From: Octopus vulgaris
Taxonomy: Eukaryota
Length of the DNA: 64,000 nt
NCBI GenBank assembly: GCA_951406725.2
Contig: OX597824.1
Span: 41,478,001 to 41,542,000 of the forward strand
Reading direction: 5' to 3'
Below are positions 56,795 to 64,000 of this stretch, one piece after another; position 1 is the stretch's first letter, and each line of letters starts with the position of its first letter. The notes below the pieces were generated by a model. The model searched no databases. It had not been told where the DNA came from and worked only from the letters and a program-made list of their open reading frames with translations. Position numbers and translations under genes: made by a program.

Positions 56795-57519
56795 ATCTGT
56801 TGTTAGTACCAGTGAACACAACTTACGTGCAGCAGTACTTAGGTTTCTCGCCTTTGTTCTCATTCGCTATAATAAAAAATTAAAAAAAGAAGTTATCCGT
56901 GAGAATGTTTGTCTCCAATGCATGAGAAAATAAAAACTCTGGAATAAATGGTATGATGATGTGGTAGACAAAGGCGGCAGTAAAACAGAGTCAGCGTTGA
57001 CTACAGCAACAATTAACAATAAGCAGGTGATTATCGAAATAAACATGAGGTTTTCTAAAGAAGTTCTTTTGTAAGCATAAAAAGAAAGTGCCTGATCAGT
57101 ATAGAGACGAGACTATCGCTGGTGATAAAATTTCGTATGACGAATGCAGTTGTTGCTGATAAGGCTTAGCTATAGGTGAGAACCTGATGAAACAGACTTA
57201 CGTCTAGAGATGTTCTAGAATTTACCTTCTATTTTATTTAATTTCTGTTTTTGCGGTTTTGATGTGGTCCAGCGGTTAGGAATCGTGATTTTCTAACGGG
57301 CAGCAAGGGTTCGATTCCCGGCATGAGAATGTGTTAGAGGTGGAAGTATGGCCGTGTGCTAAGAAGATTACATCCCAGTGAGACTAAACCCGTAGCCATC
57401 TGGTTTCGCATTCAGTCTAACTCCGCGGCACCTTGAGCAAATGCCATCTACTATAGCTCAGGGCTGACTACAGTCTTGTGAGTGAACCTCGTAGATGGAA
57501 ACTGAAAGAAGCTCGTAGC

Positions 57520-57569
<50 letters not shown>

Positions 57570-57933
57570 TATATAAAATCCGTTCTGTGTGTGTGTGAGT
57601 GGCTTCTAGGATCTCGGAAATCCTCCATCCGATTGCGCTCAAATTTGATATGTAGATACCGACGGTATAAGGGCGTGTATAAGTCTTGAAAAAATGACAA
57701 AAATTGATTCCAGGTGAGAATACGATCGATAACGCCGTGGGAAATAGTTTTTCTTTGGAACAGAAAAAAGTCTATTTGTATTTCTTCTGTTGCTGGTGTC
57801 TCAAATTTAGGTTAAATCACTGTTTCTCAAAGGGAAGGCCTATGGGATGGTCGCACAAGTTGTTTTGAGAAAATTTGGTTTAAATGTTTGACAACTCAGC
57901 ACCGTCCATTGAACGAGTGGGTGGCGTTTTGCT

Positions 57934-57991
<58 letters not shown>

Positions 57992-59405
57992 CATACATAC
58001 AATCATACATACATACATACATACATACATACATACATACATACATACATACATACATACATACATGCACACATATCTATAAGCTCGAAACTTCAAAGAC
58101 AAACTACTATTTTTCCCAAGACTCAAATTTGTACACCTGCTTGTTGTTCTGTCACCTGTCTCTGTCTTTTGTGTTCTATTCTTCATATCTAATCTTCACG
58201 TTTTCTTATGTATAAATAATGTCGGAATACACCAGCCCTTGGTGGGGTAGGAAATTCTGTAGGAAATCCAAATGTTGAATTACGGCTTTAACTTCTAGTT
58301 GCCATTATATTTTATATACTTAAATTATTACAGTTTAAATTTATGTAAGTATTTTTGTAAAATCATAATATAATTTAGCTCTGAAATAATCTGAAAACTA
58401 AAGAAAGCCATTTAATAAGTGTATACATTTTCTAAAAACAATTCATTTAACATATTGAAAAGTCGTAATTTTACCATGTTGGAGGGGTACCTACCTACTA
58501 ATTGTCTTATATCTCAATTTTTTTTTGCTATCTTTACTCATCAGATATTTTAAACAAGGTTTCTACTGTGAAATATGATAAAATGTTTCATATCTCTAAG
58601 CAATTTAGTATATATGTGTTAGAGATTATATAATTAGTATAGAAAGTTAGGGTATTTAAATATGTGCGTGTGTTTGTGTGAGAGTATGCAAGGGGCACGG
58701 GGTAGGGTCACATAACCCTAACTTTCATATATTTTATTTAAAATACTACTTTAAACTCTGTGCATACACTGGAATTAAGGTTTCTTAAAAGTGGTTATGT
58801 TTCACCCCCACCCCTAATATATATACATATATTACTCTTTCGTTTTTTTCTTTCTTCCTTTTTCCCCTTCTCCTCCTCCTGTTTTTCTCACTTATCCTAT
58901 CTCCAATTTTTTCCTCTCCCCTTCACAGTTCTCTGTCTGTCACTCTCCCTCCCTATTCTTCCTCCCTTGCTCACGTGGCTCCCACATGACAATCGGCCAT
59001 CTTTCTTCTCCTAACTTATGTTTCCTTCTTTCTCTCCGTTGTAGCTGGACCAAGGAAGACGTGTTCTTGTTTGTCTCCTGTCCAAGTTTTATTTACGCGT
59101 TCACCACCACACTGTTTGTTTTCACTGTCCTATTTGTGTTACCAATTTTGACCTTCCGCAAAATCTCAAATTTTACTTAATTTGTTTTGCGGAAGCAACT
59201 GTTTTATCGAAAGCGTATCTTGTTATTAAATGCTTGAAATACGAGAGTAGAAAAACAGCCAACAACTGATGAAGGGTCGTTTTTTGTGTTGTTTGTCTTG
59301 TTTTCCATTTGTGTCTTTCGTTGTTCGAAAAAATAGTTCATATTCCATGTACTCGTACTTTGTATTTTTTGTTGTACACATTTCGTGACGTCCTATGCCC
59401 ACATA

Positions 59406-59456
<51 letters not shown>

Positions 59457-59907
59457 GGATAGATGTAAGTATGTACATATACGTATGTATATATGCATGC
59501 ATATATATTATATATATATATATATATAAACACACACACACACATATATAATATATATATTTCTTGTTTTTCAGGATTAAATCAAATGAAGACAACAGAC
59601 GGAAAATATAACATACCTATATATAATTTTAAATAACGTGTAGTAAATAAACAAACGAATATATACTAAATACACAGGCGAACAGAAAAGACAGAGGCTC
59701 ACTAACTCTGCATCAGTTAACGGCCAGACGGTCAAACGCAATTTTGGCCACTATCGATAATATCGTTTCCTCCAGAGTGGAAGCAAGGAACTTCGCGGGA
59801 ATGGGACCAAAACGAGACCGTTATGTGGACGGACGAGGGACAAAACAGAAAACAGAATAAAGGCTTAGGGCCAGACGAAGGCATCAATTATTATTATTAT
59901 TATTATT

Positions 59908-59947
<40 letters not shown>

Positions 59948-59950
59948 TTA

Positions 59951-59999
<49 letters not shown>

Positions 60000-60064
60000 T
60001 AGTAGTAGTAGTAATAATAATAATAATAATAATAATAATAGTAGTAGTAGTAGTAGCAATAATG

Positions 60065-60137
<73 letters not shown>

Positions 60138-60502
60138 AAAAAAGCCTTGGACCTGGATGACCAGACAAAATTGGGTAACGCGATACTATGTATATATAGT
60201 ATATGCACATATAAATGTGTGTGTGTGTAGCATTTCGATCATACTGTTATCTTTTATCTTTTCCATGTTGCAGTCATTAAACTTGGGCCATAACAGGACA
60301 CCGCTTTGAAGGTTTTTAGCCGATCGAATCGCCATCAGTACATTTTGTTGAAAGCTTGCTACTTATTCTACGGTTCTCTTTTGCAGAAGCGGTAAATGAC
60401 GGACGTAGACGTAAACAAATGCATCGGCATTCAAGCAGTGGTGCTAGAGAGATATAAACACAAGTACATACAGACATCATATATAAATATATGTATATGT
60501 AT

Positions 60503-60540
<38 letters not shown>

Positions 60541-60559
60541 GTATATACATATATGTATG

Positions 60560-60593
<34 letters not shown>

Positions 60594-60607
60594 TGTTTGT
60601 ATGTATG

Positions 60608-60686
<79 letters not shown>

Positions 60687-60836
60687 TGTTTAAGTAATTG
60701 AGATTCAAGTGAATTCTAATGAATTCACATGAATATGGTCCTTAACTAGGATGCACCGGAAATCTATATGGTGTTAACCATACGACAAGTGGGGTGATTA
60801 CAAATAGGAAAAAAGCAACAAGAATGGATTAAAATA

Positions 60837-60920
60837 TCGGTACAATTGTTTCGTACGAGGACATCTTTAATAAGCTACAAAAAATGCAGTAAATATAGAT
60901 GGCTCGTACTCGTCAGCCGA
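60837..60920 (-). ncRNA. Type I hammerhead ribozyme (mirror copy, perfect palindromic stem III ACAATTGT)
   Basis: Reverse complement of 61171-61254; reads TCGG-CTGACGA-GTACGAG...CTCGTAC-GAAA-CAATTG-TA-CCGA. Confidence 0.88.
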
Positions 60921-61170
60921 AAAAACATCAGAGATTCCCAAACATCAAAAGGGGTAGATACAAATGAGGGTGTAAGTTTAACTGCATTGAAGAAAGTTCG
61001 ATTCCTGGAGATCCGATGAAAGGTCTTGAACTTACAGAATTTGTGCACAAATTCTGTAAGTTCAAGACCTTTCATCGGATCTCCAGGAATCGAACTTTCT
61101 TCAATGCAGTTAAACTTACACCCTCATTTGTATCTACCCCTTTTGATGTTTGGGAATCTCTGATGTTTTT

Positions 61171-61254
61171 TCGGCTGACGAGTACGAGCCATCTATATTT
61201 ACTGCATTTTTTGTAGCTTATTAAGGATGTCCTCGTACGAAATAATTGTACCGA
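61171..61254 (+). ncRNA. Type I hammerhead ribozyme
   Basis: stem I TCGG/CCGA; CTGACGA 61175-61181; stem II GTACGAG/CTCGTAC; GAAA 61239-61242; stem III TAATTG; GTA cleavage triplet 61248-61250. Confidence 0.85.
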
Positions 61255-61282
61255 TATTTTAATCCATTCTTGTTGCTTTTTT

Positions 61283-61328
<46 letters not shown>

Positions 61329-61362
61329 CATATTTATCTATATATTTCTTTCTTTCTTTCTT

Positions 61363-61438
<76 letters not shown>

Positions 61439-61468
61439 CATACATATCTATATCTTTCTTTCTTTCTT

Positions 61469-61640
<172 letters not shown>

Positions 61641-61779
61641 TATACATACATACATATATGAGAAGATATTGAGATTCAGTTGAATTAGGTAAGTTGAAGC
61701 ACTAAGTTAGTCCGGTATTATCCGCACAGCTCGAAGTAAGGTGAATAAAATCAAAGCAAGCAACAACTGGTGGCGCATG

Positions 61780-62155
61780 AGGACTTTCTCTACTCTTCAG
61801 ATAAGATGAGGAAGGGACCATTTCTGTTCAAGGCCATGCAGGAAAAGCGACTCAATCACACGAAGAAGCTGATCAATAAGTTGAAACACTTGTTGGAGCC
61901 AGACAATTTATGGCTCTCCGATGAGAAGAATTTTTGTCAAGACTAGAAGATCAACTCTCAGAACAACAGGTCGCTCGTTGTCTCACCCAAGGCCGTACCC
62001 AAAGTAATACAGATGAAATCTCTAGGAGCAATCATAGTTTTTTAGTGTCGTCAGCAGTGAAGATGACGTCATGCCACCCCTCTTCAAGAAATCTGAGGCC
62101 TCAAACTGAACACCGACGGCTACATCCGTGTTCTAATCGATGTGGTAAAACCCTG
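61780..62155 (+). mobile_element. DD37D/maT-like transposase remnant
   Basis: WLSDEKNFCQD*KINSQNNR motif. Confidence 0.6.
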
Positions 62156-62589
62156 TTCTTATTTCTGTTGTTGCTACTGTTTCTGTCAATGTTAGTGTTT
62201 TAACTGTAGACGTGGATTCATAGTTTTCTTGGCGCACTGTGTGCGGGAAGTATCAGCATTCAACAAGATTGGTAGAACTTTAAACCTGGTCTTCTACATC
62301 CAGCCATAATCAGCATTATTTGGGTGGAAGTTTTACAGGTCTTTTTGATCTGGTTTTGTTTCTCTGCTGGCCGGATCTGGACTACGATTTCTAGGTCGAT
62401 TCTTCATCGGTTTTCTTGACGGAATCTCTTCACGATAAGTTCAAAGCGTGATCTTCCATTACAACCCCTACCGCCAAACAACAGATTTCTGTTTCAGTTG
62501 GCAGATTGCACATCATTACTTTCATCACTAATCGGCACATATAGACGAGTATAAGGGTGAAATCCAAACTCCTACGTGAGACAGCTCCG

Positions 62590-63340
62590 TAGCCTAGGTT
62601 TATGAGATCCATCTCACATCTTCTGACCTATGTCGTTTGCAGAATCAACAACACTACTGACAACCACAAATGCAGAATGTATGGTGAGTGGGATGAAACG
62701 ATATGGCACATCGTTAGCGAATGTCCGAAATTGGCACAACGCGAATACAGAAGACAATATGACAATGTGGCAAGAATGATCCATTGGGAGCTCTGTGGAA
62801 ATCACGGCCTACAAAGAGCAAAGACATTTTATGAGCAAATCCCAGAAGGAGTCTCTGAGAACGAGAATTGAAAAATCCCGTGGGATGCAATGATTCAATG
62901 CGATCAGCTGACCAAACATCGGAAACCGGACATTGTTATGGCGAAAAAAGAAAAACAAAAGAAAGAACATGCATGGTAGTCAACATAGTATGTCCCGGTG
63001 ACAACAGGATCAAAAAGTAAGAAGAATGCTGAACAACTACGACGATTTGAAGTGGGAAATACGAAGGTTGTGTTTAATGAGGAGAGTAGACGTGATACCA
63101 ATAGTAATTGGCGCACTTGGAAGTATCAGCATTCAACAAGATTGGTAGAACTTTAAAGGTAGAACACCAACAGAAATCAGCATTGCTTGGAACTGGAAGA
63201 ATTCTTTGTAGGGTTCTTGAAGCATGACTAATAAACAAGTGTCATCTTAGTCTGCTGGCTTCTGGCACTTTCCATCATACCTAGCAAAATAGGCAGTGAG
63301 TTTTCATCAAGCAATAATAATAATAATAATAATAATAATC
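62590..63340 (+). mobile_element. Decayed R4/Dong-type RLE LINE 3' fragment (same family as 5115-5775)
   Basis: KCRMYGEWDETIWHIVSECPKLAQREYRRQYDNVARMIHWELC; ends in (AAT)n. Confidence 0.8.
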
Positions 63341-64000
63341 CTTTAGGCACAAGGCCAGCAATTTTGGGGGTGGATGTAAGTCGATTACGTCGATTACTCT
63401 AGTATTCAACTGGAACTTATTTTATCGACCCCGAAAGGATGAAAGGTGGTGGTAGAAGTGATGGTGGTAGTAGTAGTAGTATTAGTAGTAGTAGTAGTAG
63501 TAGTAGTAGTCGTAGTCGTAGTAGTAGTAGTGGGAGAGTCGGCATGACCGATTAGAGTCCCGAGTAAGGTACCTTGCGCCTTTGTTAAAGATTATTTTTA
63601 TTGCTATTGATATAACTATAACTGCCGTCATGTCACTCAAATCTGGGTTTTGATGATTTTCTTGCGACACATCTATCATAAACGTACCTTACCAATTCCC
63701 CCTCACCCACACACACATAGGGCTTTTCCAAATCACAGCTGAAGCTCGTACGATAAAAGTAGATACCTTTGTTTTTGATTTTGCAGTTCCAGTATAAAGA
63801 AAAGCTCTGCTTGTGAGAGTTGTCAACGGTCTTACTTATCAGAAATAATCATTGACGTTATAATTGTTGTTGTTGTTGTTGTTGTTATTGTTGCTGTTCA
63901 ATAAGCGCGTGATATAAGCTATGAAAACCGCCATTACTGACGTTTAAACAAAGAAATTCTTTTTTAGCCTAGCTCTGTTTACCAAGCGAGGTGGGGGCAT

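Larger units (their letters stand above)
60684..61287 (-). mobile_element. Non-autonomous PLE-like palindromic element: 484-bp spacerless palindrome (60804-61287) plus ~120-nt unpaired tail, flanked by (TA)n
   Basis: Arms mirror about GTG|CAC at 61045/61046 with 2 mismatches seen; identical ORFs on both strands (60875-61075 -, 61016-61216 +); (TA)n on both sides. Confidence 0.9.

Noticed and set aside
57150-57220. CTGATAA/CTGATGA..GAAAC as a hammerhead
   Set aside because: Could not form stems I and III consistently
60875-61216. Identical 66-aa ORFs on both strands as a gene pair
   Set aside because: A by-product of the palindrome; no recognisable domain

Overview
AT-rich, microsatellite-saturated eukaryotic DNA, intergenic or intronic, with no supportable host protein-coding exon. 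The SINE and repeat content looks like an octopus/cephalopod genome (inference). Nearly all listed ORFs are microsatellite read-throughs. The real coding remnants are transposon-derived: Penelope-like elements (PLE; Neptune-type and Penelope-type GIY-YIG/RT), R4/Dong-type RLE LINEs, RTE/CR1/Tx1 LINE fragments, a mellifera-type mariner, DD37D/maT-like fragments, an ISL2EU-like THAP/SWIM remnant, MITEs and many tRNA-derived SINEs. The standout is a set of sequence-unrelated, non-coding fold-back (inverted-repeat) elements inserted in (TA)n tracts. Three carry well-formed type I hammerhead ribozyme folds (15958-16037, 41739-41789/42317-42367, 60837-60920/61171-61254). Several also share a junction palindrome and a conserved 3'-terminal hairpin. 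A further hammerhead sits just 3' of a Neptune GIY-YIG remnant (49792-49868), tying the set to PLEs. All folds were worked out by eye and none is experimentally or computationally validated.
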